Assembly (NCBI GenBank): GCA_003693705.1
Contig: RBZT01000435.1
Coordinates: 186,001-250,000, forward strand
Direction: 5' to 3'
Length of the DNA: 64,000 nt
Origin: Polymyxa betae A26-41
Taxonomy: Eukaryota; Protista; Endomyxa: Phytomyxea
Below the pieces are notes generated by a model. The model worked only from the letters and a program-made list of their open reading frames with translations, was not told where the DNA came from and made no database searches. The stretch's first letter is position 1; the number at the start of each line of letters is the position of its first letter. Positions 1 through 12,497 of the stretch are shown here, in pieces. The position numbers and the translations under genes were made by a program.

Positions 1-1021
1 TGACGCCATCGATAGTTAGCGAGGTTTCAGCGATATTGGTCGCCAGAATAATTTTGCGAACTCCTGGAGGCGTTGGCTCGAAGACGGCCAGCTGCTGCTG
101 TTGTGGCAGAGCGGCATAGATCGGACAGACGATGACAGGGCGATCGGCGCCCAGCAGTTTCGCATGAGATACGACCTGCTCACGCAGCAATTCGATCTCT
201 TCCTGGCCGGTTAGGAAGCATAAGATATCGCCATCGATGGGATGATCCATATGAGTTTGAAGAATAGCAATCAAAGATGCATCAAGAAAATCGGGTTCAG
301 GTTCTCGAAGATATCGAATCGAAACCGGGAACGTTCGCCCTTTGACGACCTCGATCGGGCAGCCGCCAAGAAAATGCGAGAATTTCGACGCTTCGATCGT
401 GGCCGACATGCAGATTACTTTCAGCGGATGAGCGGTCGACACCCGATGCGCCTGAGCTCGTTTCACCAACGCCAGCAGAACATCGGTGTGTACGGTTCGT
501 TCGTGGGCCTCGTCGATGATAACGACCGAATATCGTTTGAGGCGTGGATCGGCGATGCATTCCTGCAAAAGGATACCATCGGTAGCGAACTTCAGCTTGG
601 TTTGACGGCTGCACTTATCATCGAATCGAATCTGATAGCCGACCAGGTTGCCGAGTTTCGTTCCGATTTCGTTGGCAACGCGCTGGGCCACTGTAATAGC
701 AGCGACTCGCCGTGGCTGAGTGACGACCACCATCTTGCCGTTCGGCACCAGACCGGCTTCAACGACATACTGTGGAAGCTGCGTCGTCTTACCAGAACCC
801 GTCTCACCAACTAAAACCAGGCTGTTGTTCGCCTGAATCAATTCAATGAGCTTATCTCGGCTCTGGAAAATCGGCAGTTTTCGTCGTTGCTGATCGAGCT
901 GTTGCCGGGAGAACTTCGAAGCCGGTTTATTCGTCTTCGACGAGTCATGATTGAATTCGACGACCTTGTTGTTGCGATCGTCGGCGATTCTGGGTGGAGC
1001 GTCGGCGACGGGCATCCCCAT
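1..1021 (-). CDS. DEAH-box RNA helicase (DHX33/Prp22/Prp43 family), 3' part runs off window
   Basis: Manual minus-strand translation from ATG 1021: LPIFQSRDKL, GETGSGKTTQLPQY, TQPRRVAAITVAQRVA, VGYQIRFDD, TDGILLQE, IIDEAHERTVHTD, MSAT, FLTGQEEIE, LATNIAETSLTIDGV. Not in the ORF track because there is no stop inside the window. Confidence 0.93.
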   Translation of the reverse strand, partial: MGMPVADAPPRIADDRNNKVVEFNHDSSKTNKPASKFSRQQLDQQRRKLPIFQSRDKLIELIQANNSLVLVGETGSGKTTQLPQYVVEAGLVPNGKMVVVTQPRRVAAITVAQRVANEIGTKLGNLVGYQIRFDDKCSRQTKLKFATDGILLQECIADPRLKRYSVVIIDEAHERTVHTDVLLALVKRAQAHRVSTAHPLKVICMSATIEASKFSHFLGGCPIEVVKGRTFPVSIRYLREPEPDFLDASLIAILQTHMDHPIDGDILCFLTGQEEIELLREQVVSHAKLLGADRPVIVCPIYAALPQQQQLAVFEPTPPGVRKIILATNIAETSLTIDGV

Positions 1022-1615
1022 TGAGGGATGCTTTTCCAGAATCACTTCAGGTCAGAAAAGGATTTCGTCTTGATGGCTGCGGACTCCGTACGCATTCGAC
1101 CTACGTTTGGATCCAGCTGTCGACATCCAGAGCCCGGATCAAAATCGAACATGACGAACACCGCCCTACAGCCAATACAACGAAACATACAGGCAACTAA
1201 GCGTGCAAGTTCAAGAGTCGATTCCGCCATAAAATCCCACGGCTTTCGGATTCGGAACGACATATGGGCCGGCGATCTCTACCTGCATGGCAAGCCGAGC
1301 ACCTTGGCAGTCTGCCGATTTCACCGATCAGGACGCCGTCTCGCAGACGTCGACGATAGAGAGAGAGATCGACTTTGTGCCACTCCAAAGCCAGACCAAC
1401 AGTGCAGTGGAAAAGTTGTGCGTTAGTGGGCTCAGCCTCTTCCCCTTCTGACCCCCCTTTGGCCCTTTCCCTTCAACAATCTTCATTTCTGTATAGCTGC
1501 TGGCTCTAGATTCTTGAACTAGACCGGCACAGGAAGTCCCGAACCTCGGCCCGACGACTGCCTGCACAGCAGGGGCCAGCGCGCGTCAATTCGTCATTGT
1601 CGGTCCCGGGCGACG

Positions 1616-4600
1616 ATGGGCGAAAGGTACCAGCAGCAGGCCCATGTTCTGCAGCAGCAGCCGGTGCCGCCCAGGGCCGGTTTCCGTGCGCCGACGTAAT
1701 TCTTGCTTGGGGTTGGTTTCCGGATAAATTAAGCGTTCGTTAGGAGCTCGTCTGCGGCTGCTAATGTCTATCAACAGCAACCGGTGATCTCGCAGCCGAG
1801 CCCTATTCGTAAATCCTGAAACGCTTTCTCTTCTTCTCAACTAACCATGCTTAGGAGGCGCTGCATTTGGGCAAATGGATATTCAGCCGCCTCTTCGTAC
1901 GCGATCGACGCCGCCGTCGGCTGACACGTTTCAACAGCCGCGATTCACACCGCATAAATCGACCGGACCGACGTTAGTCCCAACGGCGCCGGTCTATAAT
2001 GGCGTGCCTCATTCTGGGAAGCACGGTTTTGCTCCGATGTACGCCTTGCCCGATATGTATGCTGGATACGCGATTGGTCATCATGGCTATATGCACAATA
2101 CGTATCTGCAGCAACAGCAGGCTCAGCGCATGCCCATTCATCAACCCGTGAAAAGGGCTTCGAAGGCGTTGCAGATCGTTGATCCTGCCACTGGGAAGCC
2201 TATCGTTATGGATGGCCTGTCTACACCCAAAGCCGATCCGGTTCAAATCGTTGTCCCAAAAGCGACACGGCCAAATTGGGCTCAATCGTCTCCGATTAAC
2301 TCAGCTTTGGTGCTGTCTTGCTCCAACAATAATAACGTCGCCTATTCCAAACCACCAATGACACCGATTCATTCGCCGCCTTCTCGACCATCTGCTGTTT
2401 CTCAGTCACCGATGTCATCCGATGTCTTGAATATCTCGTCCAAAAAGAACATGGCTGAAGAACAAAAGGCGAAAGATGCCTCGAAATCGCTGAAAAAAAT
2501 TGACATTCCGAAAGAATCTGTTCAGCTGCAGAATGCTACCGCACCAATTGATTCGTCCTCAGTGAAGGCGTCATCTAAACACCAGCCAGCTAATCACCTC
2601 CCTGCTGGTCTTAATGTGAAAAAAGATGTCTCATCTCCTGCAACCTCACCGTCTTTTGGCTCATCACATCCGCAACGTGGCTCATCACCTGAGCGATCGC
2701 CTAAGACGATCAAGGAGAACAAAGCTGCGGAACTCTCTGCCAAACCATCTGCATCTGCTGAATCCCCATCTGAAAAATCAAAGCATCCATCGATTGTTGT
2801 AAGCTCACCTAGTCAACTCGGGTGCCCTGATATCTCCTCTTGCAAGAGCGCTAAAAGCGCGGTTTCGCCTTCATCGAAAGGATCCAGTCCTGTTCCTCTG
2901 GATAACATTCCTGAGATCGTACTTGATTCGAAGAACGCTCCTATCTTACCGAAGCCTGTTTTTACTTCGCCGAAGCAAGTTTCTACGATCACCAGCTCGC
3001 CAACGGTGATACCAACCTCACCAAAATTCGACGCCTCCCAGCAGATTTTTCCGAATTTGAGCAGTAAGAAGAATGCTAGTCACCCGCCTGATTCTTCAAT
3101 TTCAACGGAGGGTCCAACAGCCTCGAAGGTCCCCGATTCTGTTCGACGTTACACCGTTGAGGAAATTTTTTCTCTAGAAAATGATTTTGGTGGACTTCCT
3201 GAAGGGATCGCTCTGGATTCTCCTTGTCTTAAACAGAATCCCAATTCTGCTTCTGGTCGTTCCGGCTTCACTGGTTACCGCGGCAGTGAATCTACGCGTC
3301 GTATGCCCCGAGCGAATTCGGGAATGTTCCGCAATTCTTCATCAGGCGACTTTCAACATGATTCAGGCAATCGTCGTTTGCCATCAGATGCGGATCGCCA
3401 TTCTGACCGCCAGAAACACGACCGCCATCATCCTTCAAGACGCTCTTCGCACAGAGGAGGCGTGAAGGAGATATCCCGGCACGAAGGTCCCGCTGTAGAA
3501 CCCCTGAAAAAGAGTGAAACCCGCTGGATTCCTCGCCAGGTAGTGTGCTTTAAATATTTCTTGATTTCTTAAAAATTGCATGTAACTTTTATAATGGACT
3601 TTAATTTGTTGCTGATATCAACTGATATAAAATTTTAGAAAGTTTCGAATGATGAGGAAACTCTTAAGCGCAAGATTAAGGCCGTTCTTAACAAGCTCAC
3701 CTTGGACAAGTTCCAGACCTTGAGCAAACAATTCTTAGCTCTGGTTCAGGAGAAAGTCTCCTCGGTTGATCACTTAAAGACCGTCGTCGAGCTCATTTTT
3801 GACAAAGCACTTTCTGAACCTACGTTTGTCAAAATGTACTCGAGCCTTTGTGTGGCTATCGCTGAAAGCATGCCCGAGTTTCAAAGTGGCGACGACAAGG
3901 GAGCCTCAAACGAAGATCGACGCGCCCAGACATTCAAACGCTTGCTGTTAAATCAGTGCCAGCAAGAATTCGAACGCGGCACTTCGTTCGATGTCGATTC
4001 GAATCTTGACGAAGAAGAACGAGAAGAAAGCGTCCGGCAACAGAAAAGGCGCTTCCTTGGAAACGTTCGTTTCATTGGTGAGCTATTTAAAGATTCTATG
4101 CTCGCCGAGCGCATCATGCACACCTGTATATACCACTTCCTTCAAGTCAGTATTCTTTTGATGAAAGATCTCTCAAAGTTCTGATATGAGACATGTTAGG
4201 AGGCGATCCAACCAATGGAGGAAGATATTGAAGCACTATGCAAACTATTAGCTACAATTGGTAAGAAATTCGACCGTCACCAAGCCAAAAATCATATTGT
4301 AGGAGATAATGGTGTTGTTATCCTTTTACTGAATATATGCAAAGGATTCGTACTTCAACAGAATGCAGATGATGTCTACGAACCCGTCATTATCGAGGCG
4401 AGCCAGGTTCATGCTCTTGGACGCAATTGATCTGCGTAAATCGGGTTGGAAACCGCGGCGGAAAGAAGTCGAGGCCAAGACTATCGATGAATTCAGGCAA
4501 GAAATGGAGCGCGAAGCAGCCGAACAGGTATTGGCATTGGAATCACAGGAAGCTTTGCTGATGGCTTCAGAATGCTCGAAGTTCCAGAACGGCTTCACGT

Positions 4601-6293
4601 TTTGATACCTTTATCGGGCGCGGGTCTACTTCTAAGCCAGTTTCCAAGCCTTCCAAAGTAATTGTTGTTATCATCTCTACTGTGTCACCGACGATTTCTG
4701 TGTAGCCGGTCAATGAAAAACGCTCTTTTCAAATCCGAGCTCCTTCCGATTCGCGACGAACTCAAAGCTTTGATCGTCGCATTCCATCTTCTTCCCGACT
4801 CTCATCTGTCACCGCAGCCGAAGGAAGTAATCAATCACAGGTATGAATTTAGCCAGGCTATTTCTTCTGCCAAAATAATTTTTTGTGAAGACTGTTCCTC
4901 GTCCTGCTTCTTCTCGTGTACAGACGGCGCCGTCTGCATCCAAACAAGCCTCTGCTGAACAGATCAAGTCATATTCGTCGGAAATGGATTTAACTATAAA
5001 AGATTTCTTAAAGAATCCAGGCGATATCGAAGAGATTCGAGACACTCTCGCTTCTATGGCCGATTGGGAAAAATCTGCTCGGAACAAAACGTTTATATCG
5101 AAGGTCGTACAGCTCTTTGTGTGTTTCAAAGCAACTGATTCCCCGCAGGCGCTGAGTATCAGTATGGAACAAAAAGATTCGGACCGCGACACTGTCGTCG
5201 ACCTTCTGACTCAACTACATCTCGACCGGATCATCACCTCTAGCGATCTTTCTGCCGGATTTAATGACATCTTGGAATTCTTGAACGATCTGCTGTTTGA
5301 TATCCCTCGAAGCCCAGATTATCTGGGCACCATATTCGGTCGTCTGTTATCAAATGTTCGTTTCGTAGGTTTACGTTTATAATTGGAGCTAAACACATGT
5401 GTTTAGGGAGTGCTTTCAATTGATTGCCTGAATGAGTCGGTCTTTGATGACCAGATTGAAGTTGGTGTTTTTGGGGAATTTGTCGCTCGGGTATTAACTG
5501 TTGTTGCTGCTGAGAAGGTCTTTGTAAACAATTACTTTGTGTTTGATTCACTTAATACTGCTTGCAGGGCGAATCTGAGACGAAAGAAATGATCAGAAAT
5601 GCGAATCATTTCGACTTCAGCATCTTTCTTAGGAAACCTTTCGGCTGCGCTCCGGCAGAATTCGTTCGAAAACGCCATCTTGACTCGATTCTTCCAGAAG
5701 AGCTGCTGCGCGACGATCTCTTACCTTTTTTGGAAGAGAACAAGCTAGATGAAGCCGACGAGTTAATACGCGATATTCTGATCGATCGAGACAATCATCG
5801 TGGGGCGGCTGTTATCTGCAGATGCCTTTTAGATCATTGTTTGCTGTCGACGTCGTACCCGAAAGCTTCGTATAATACCGCTCAGGTACAATATTATCCA
5901 TTTAGAACTCTTTGTTTAAAACATATGATAGGTGGAGCCATCCTCGAAGGAAGCAATTCAAAAAGAGCAGTCGTTGTTAAAACAGTTTTCCTCATTGTTC
6001 AAACGAATATCTGGATCCATGCAGTATCCCGAATCCATTCTCGAAGAAATCCACAAATTGTGCTACATGCTTGGCTTTCCGGACGGTACCAAGCTCGTTC
6101 GTCACCGTCTCACATTGTAAATTATTTTATAGGATTGTCGCTGCGTCTCTTCAAAGTGTTTGCTGATATGGGCATCATCCCATCGGCATCGTATTCGCTT
6201 TGGAGAAAACAAGCGCCAGAGTACTTCAAAAAATCGAGGACTTTGGAATCCGTCTCCGGTTTCATTGACCGGATCGTGAACCAACACCCCTAA
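1616..6293 (+). CDS. EIF4G: Translation initiation factor eIF4G (multi-exon; MIF4G + MA3 + C-terminal helical domain)
   Basis: ORFs 1875-3572, 3702-4184, 4363-4605, 4885-5382 and 5562-6293 are joined by GT-AG introns. MIF4G motifs LNKLT..KF, IFDKALSEPTF..MY, FKRLLLNQCQQEF, FLGNVRFIGELFK, RARFMLLD; MA3-like DLLFDIP; variant 4E-binding motif RYTVEEIF. Confidence 0.92.
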
Positions 6294-6391
6294 TTATTAC
6301 TAGCATAATAAAATAATCAAAAACAACGCCAACCGACGTATGACCATAAAGTCATTTATATCATTGATGCGCCGTGCTGGTCCGAGTCCGA

Positions 6392-7539
6392 ATGGTTGAA
6401 GGACAACACGACGTCCCTGACGTCCTCGACCTAGATCTGGGGTCGGCCGCCCTCCTAGCCTCGACCGATGATGGCCTAACACAGAGGGCACTGGGCCTTT
6501 GTACGGGTCGTATATCGCGCTCGGCGCCGTTGGCGATCACCCAATCGTGGGCTGGGACGACGTTGGAACTGCCGACCCAGCCTGGGAGCTGTCTGATCAT
6601 CGACCTGTCCGACTATGTCGTGGTCATTTATAACGCCATCAGTTCGGAATGCTCTGTGATTCGATTCGACCCGGAACATTTCTGCGAAGATGCATTCGAG
6701 GTACACAGTGTTGTTGTATCAAGCGGTTCAGCCTGAATATTTGCAGATTTTCATCAGTATCGCATCTCAATACTGTACGTTCGTCACCAGAGAGCAGGCT
6801 TCTCAAAATGAGGTGTTGCTGGCGTTGGGGACAGCCCCTGAAATACTCAGCGAGGTTGAGGGAGCTGGAGAACCATCCAGACCTGGTTTATCGGCTCGAA
6901 TAGATTCGGGTGCTAACATCGTAGTTTCGGGAATTCAGCGATGTTCGTCTATCATTTGTGGAAGCCTCACGCTTGGTTCCGAGTATATTCAACGCCAGAT
7001 TGAGCCAGCCCCGAATCCTATGCCCATTCATCCCCAAATTCGTGCTGGGTTTCGCGCTGTTGGTACAACGGCTGATGCGTTTGCATCTGGGATGACAACA
7101 ATGGGTGAAAATATCTCTTCATCTCTATTTGGTATAAGAAGCGTCTGATGATATGTTTGCTTTTAACAGTCAGCATAGCAGGCGGCAATACTAACAATGC
7201 TCAGCGAGCATCTGTGGTTGATATTGCTCGAAGTTCCATCAGAGGAGCTGCTCATGTGGCTCTCGCAACGACAGACGCCACTCTAAACATCTTCCAGAGT
7301 GCACTGTCTGCTGCAACAGGTGCGAGTGTCGATTTCATATGGTTTTGTCTTGGGCCGATTTCAGTGATACAGGCGTACTGGCCCGGAAATATGGAGATGG
7401 GCTTGGTGAGATTCTCCAAGACGGGACGCGAATACTGTATAGCATGCGCTTAGCCTCCAGAGCATTACGAAGAGTTTGTCTTCAAATTTTGATGGATGCT
7501 ATGAGAACAGAACCCATCCCTTACAGAATTCCAGACTGA
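6392..7539 (+). CDS. Senescence/spartin-domain-like protein (multi-exon)
   Basis: IDSGANIVVSGIQRCSSIICGSLTLGSEYIQRQIEPAPNPMPIHP and a C-terminal ARKYGDGLGE resemble the senescence domain. Start codon is uncertain. Confidence 0.6.
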
Positions 7540-7612
7540 TAACAAGTATTGGCTTAATTAATTATTACTATGTATTTTAATGATAACTATTCATCAATCA
7601 TAATTAAACCGT

Positions 7613-10600
7613 TTAATCCTCTTTATTCAAGTTCAGGTAAAAGAACGGCCGAAACGGTATTCCATCTGCATTGTAGAACTTGTTCATGAATTCCACCCTG
7701 TTTACACCCATTAAATTTACTTGTGCAAGCAGCTAGGCAATGTTACCAATGCAGACGAAGAGCGTGGAGGAAACATTCTAACACATCCATTCCCATCAAC
7801 ACACCAAAGGTAGCGTTGAGGAAAAAATAGAAGGAGATGAACAAAGTGACAGGACTGCCATAGTTGTCTGCAATGAGCTTGTGGTAGAAAACGGACGCTA
7901 ATTGGGCATGTGCCAACGATAACGCCCATAGACGAAGGTATGATGCGGTGTTAGATACACAACCCAGCACATCTACATAATTTGAGTGCCGACAATCAAG
8001 GGTAAAACAAATCTTACATTCAATTGTATGGATCATTTGATGAACAAAGAGTTCGCCAAAATCATGCTACCACAATCTCAGTGCAATCCCGGAGACGATA
8101 CCACGGTTGCAGTTTACCTCTTGATGATCTTGTTGTTTCGGTTGCGATTCCGGTTGTAAATCGACATCAGCTGCCAAGGGATGATAGGCTTCAGCTTCAT
8201 GTTGTCGGTACTTATGATGAAACCACAATGCAATCGGCTTCAACAACAGCATCCATGGAACACAGAGCAATGCGATGATAAGCAAAGATTTTTGAAGACC
8301 CGCCTGTGCTTATGTAAGTATCAAAAGAAAAGACGAAAACGTATTTACAACTAGCAAGTTTTAAGATGAAACGAAAAGCGGTAAAATGCTAAGAACCTGT
8401 CCACTGAACAAAGGAATAGGTGGATCCGGGTCATTCTTATCAGCCTCGCTTCCAACTTGGCCAAAGTTTAAAACCATATTGATCAGCGTAACAATGAGAC
8501 TTGGCGCTTTATGGGTACCGAGTTTGCCCCAGTCCAAGCACCACTTATACAAAATGATAAACACCTAAAGTGCAACAGATGTGTCACGAATGGAAGGATA
8601 GCGACGAGACCTTAGAGACATTACCATATATCCGAAAAAGGACAACATGAAAAGAATTCTTGGAATGAACTCACAAACGATACCGAGGTAGTCTTTAACG
8701 TGCAGTTGATTAAATAGACCGATGAAGACTCCAATAACCATCTACAAACGGTGTTAGAGTAAGCAGGATTAAGAAGGCTACAGACTCACATGCGTGACAC
8801 CAAAAACTATCGCCATCTTCATCTTCAAAGAATTGATAAAAGCTAATTCTAGTTCAGATCCATACCAGATCTGGTTACGAACATGAGCAATTCCCAATGT
8901 AAACAACTCGCGACATAATTACGTAGTCAATGCCGAATGGGTAGACGCCGTCAAACTCATGAGATTTTTCGTCATATCGAGTAGCGAATAATCTCAAAGG
9001 TATTGAAGTGAAATCATTGTAGATGAATCCACAGTCTACGAATAGGTGAGGAGAATTAAACTGGTTAAGTAGTGTATCCTTACAGGCAGCAAAGAAGCCC
9101 ATAAACACAAGAATGTATCGACCTTTGAATGCAGCCTCAAAAAACTACGCAATATCAGACATATAATGAATGTCAGAAAAGATATTACCTCATTCATAGG
9201 CCCAGACTGCAGTTTTTTCTCGTTCAGAATCATCCAAAGCGAAAAGAGAAACAACAGACTACCATGGAATATATCTCCATACATCACTCCAAAAAGGAAA
9301 GGGAATGTCATTATAGTCAAGACACCTGATAAGACTTAATTCCGTGTCTCACGAGGAAATCTTATGAAAGTACCTGGATTGATTTCTCCATAGCGTGGAA
9401 CGCCATATGTATCAACGATTGCTTGAAACACGCTTGTGAACTTATTCGTTCGAATAGACGTAGGAGGCGTGTCAACAGTGAAATCTTTCTCGACAACCTT
9501 TAGGAAAAGTTACAGAGTAAGTAAGAGCGCTATACAGTGCACTAACCTGAACAACAGAAGGATTGTTATTCGATGAAAACCCTTTTGACGCCAGTGCAGC
9601 TTTCAAAGCATCTCTAACGATTTGCTGATCAGCAGTTGGGACCCATCCTTCGGCTTGAACCATCTGAGAAAGATAAACAAAAGAGAAAACCTGTTATTAC
9701 CAGTTATCACCTGGGCAGCTTCGTTTATACGGAACAGATTCAGAATTGAATAGATGCTTTGACTTTGCAAAAGGATCCGGTCCCATGTTCCAATCTAAGA
9801 AACCGTGTTGATCCGATTTTGCTTAACAGATTTTGTCGCAGACAAACCTGGCTCGATACTCCAAACAGGTCGTGTTTCAAGCGAGATTCAGTTTTAAACA
9901 AGGTTTCTCTGAGCTCGGTTTGTCTCTGACGGCAATCAGCAAGACGCGCATGAATCGTGCCTTGGTTTTCAGGATGACTGCACAAAATCAAAATTCACTA
10001 TCCAGATGCCCAATGCCAACATGAACTCACAGATATATGCTGATATTCATAACTTGGCATAATCTCGTCAGACGTCTTTCCAACACAGCCCCCAAAAAAA
10101 ATACCACAAAAGCCTGTTTTTCTGGGGATTCCACATCTTGAATAATACAATAGGCGTTGCCCCGGGATGCCAGGAAAACCTACTCACATCGGTACAAACT
10201 TCAATCGCAATCTTCAACAGCTTACTTGGCGTTCGAAGCTTAATCGTTGAGTTTTGGTAACAATCCCAGCTATGAATCTAAACCCGACCGGTTCTGGGCC
10301 GTGGCCCGCCTCAACATCACCCAAGAGTTGCTGACGATTATCTTCGACTCCATGAAACAAAGCTTGGGCTTGAGTGGAATCGCGGCTTAAAAGCTGCTGC
10401 GACCGATCAAGAACATACTCCAATCTGTCCACGGAAAGTTCGTCAGAACAGAAGTTATAGATGGAAATGTACTGAAGAGTAAAAAAATCGACAGTATTTT
10501 ACACTTAGCTTACTCTTGCTCGCGGGAGAGTTGATCTTTGAACTCTTTCGCCACGGTAAAATCATTGACGAGACGCTGGTGAAGATCACGAATGGCAATA

Positions 10601-10942
10601 CACGTCTTATCAAGTGAAGCTGGCGTTATTGCAGTTGAGTCGATAAAGTTCCGGTCCTCCTTATATGGGACATCATAGCTATTCAAGAACCCAGTTATTG
10701 CAGCCGTCAATCGTTTAACATCGTTAATCATCGTAATCGAACGAATATAACGTCTCTGGAAGGCTTGCTGTTGCGTATTTAACTAATTAACACGAATTGG
10801 CTTTGAATCCCGAATTCCAATTTGCAAATATTACATCGACAAAATGCATGACGCCACGCCGACCGATTTCATCCACGAACGAATGTGCGGCCTCGATCGG
10901 GACTATTAGGCGCATGTAGGACATGGATTCCGAGCGCCACAT
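7613..10942 (-). CDS. VPH1: V-type H+-ATPase V0 subunit a (many exons)
   Basis: MWRSESM N-terminus, [113 protein letters not shown]. Confidence 0.97.
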
Positions 10943-11452
10943 GACGCCAAATCAGCAACTGAAACCAACGGGAGATTCCGATTTGATCGCCAGGAGCGTA
11001 CCCGCTGTCGAATTCCTGGCTTGAATTTCGGCGCCGACGACACCGCGACGTCAACTAATGACGCCAACTATGCAAAGAAAAATGAGGAATGTTACTATGA
11101 GCAAGTAACACTTTACAAGGAAGCATAAATCAGGTTGCGCTCCACGTCACCTTCAAATCCCGCTGTCTGTCTATCTGCAAGCTTCCTTCGGTTGCCATCA
11201 TTTACATTATGCCTAAAACCCCCAAATCTGTTGCTGATCTGTCATCTTCGACAACGATTTCGTTATGCCAGCTTTTATGAAAACATGATGCCAAAAATAC
11301 ATGGAAGAGAGAGTTGCAACGATGGTGCCAGAAACTATTTCTTGCTTGTATATAGACGATATCAGAATGAGTGTAATCATGGAAATTTGAAGTTTTTCAG
11401 ATAAGAATAGCTTGGTTTTCTGTAGCTATTTCTTCAGTGGGTTACCTTCAGA

Positions 11453-12440
11453 ATGAGAACCGCGGTGGCGGCGTTGTCGTCGCTAGAAGAGTCGTTGTTC
11501 GCTTCTCGCTCAGCCTTGAATCATGTTAAAGACATTGCCCAGACTCTGGCTTTGGCCAACGCTCAAATAACGCCAGCCATGATTCGGCCGCCCCGATATC
11601 GTCTAGTGCCGGTTTCAAAAGTGGCCCGGGCCAAGAAGCTCACCGAGATCAAGCATCACGAATACGTTGAGCTGGTCCTTAACGAGGCCTATAATCAGCT
11701 CGATGCATTAGGAGAGTTTATTCAAGATCATAGAGAAAGACTCGACTATCACCTGTTCTTGGTCCAGGAACGCTTTCAATCAGATCAACCCGAAATTGAA
11801 CAAAAGTCGCGCTTTTGCCGATCCTGTTGCTTGTTGTCATTAACTATATTGCAGATATCACAATGAGATCGTAATGCTAAAGCAGACAATCGACGCCAAG
11901 AAAGTGGAGTTGAATCGATTATACGATCTGAAAGAAGCCGATGGCAAATCGGATGTTCGAGAGCGTCTTCACGCAGCCGAGAAAACGCTTCAAGAGCTTC
12001 GTTGCGAATCTGCAGAGCGCCGCTCTCTAACGGAGCGTATTCAACAGCAAAAACAGTGCTTGCAACAGGTTCGAGATGGGAACGCCAAACAAATCGAGGC
12101 ATGTCGATCGCAACTGAATGAACTCCACAAACGAATCGAGGACAGCTCGATCGGAATCGATCAGCAATCGATTTTGAAGCAAATAACAGTCATATTACGG
12201 GTTTGTGGTGCTTCCAGCCATTCATTACGTGCTATTAAACGAATTCTCACAAACGGTTTCAGCTGCAGACTTTCTGATTTCGATGCCGAGTTCCCGAGTA
12301 CCTCAGAATCCGCTCAGCAAGCTTTGAAAGCAACTCTGGCCGAATTGGAAAGTTTTGGTCTTGTTCATATCTCTGACGATGGAGTTGTTGCTGTTGGACA
12401 ACTTAGATCGGAGTCAAAAAAACTTCTAATTAAAGTATAA
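11453..12440 (+). CDS. Spc19-like (DASH/Dam1 complex) N-terminus + coiled coil + possible winged helix
   Basis: Exons 11453-11805 and 11855-12440 joined by a 49-nt GT-AG intron. The N-terminus LEESL..ALNHVKDIAQTLALAN..MIRPPRYRLVPVSKVARAK resembles yeast Spc19 as I recall it. Confidence 0.55.
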
Positions 12441-12497
12441 TAAAATTTGTGCGAGTTTTTCTCGAAATATCTTTCAGATCGGTTGAGATCTTTTAAA

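Noticed and set aside
242-814. 190-aa plus-strand ORF
   Set aside because: Antisense to the DEAH helicase, which carries all the conserved motifs.
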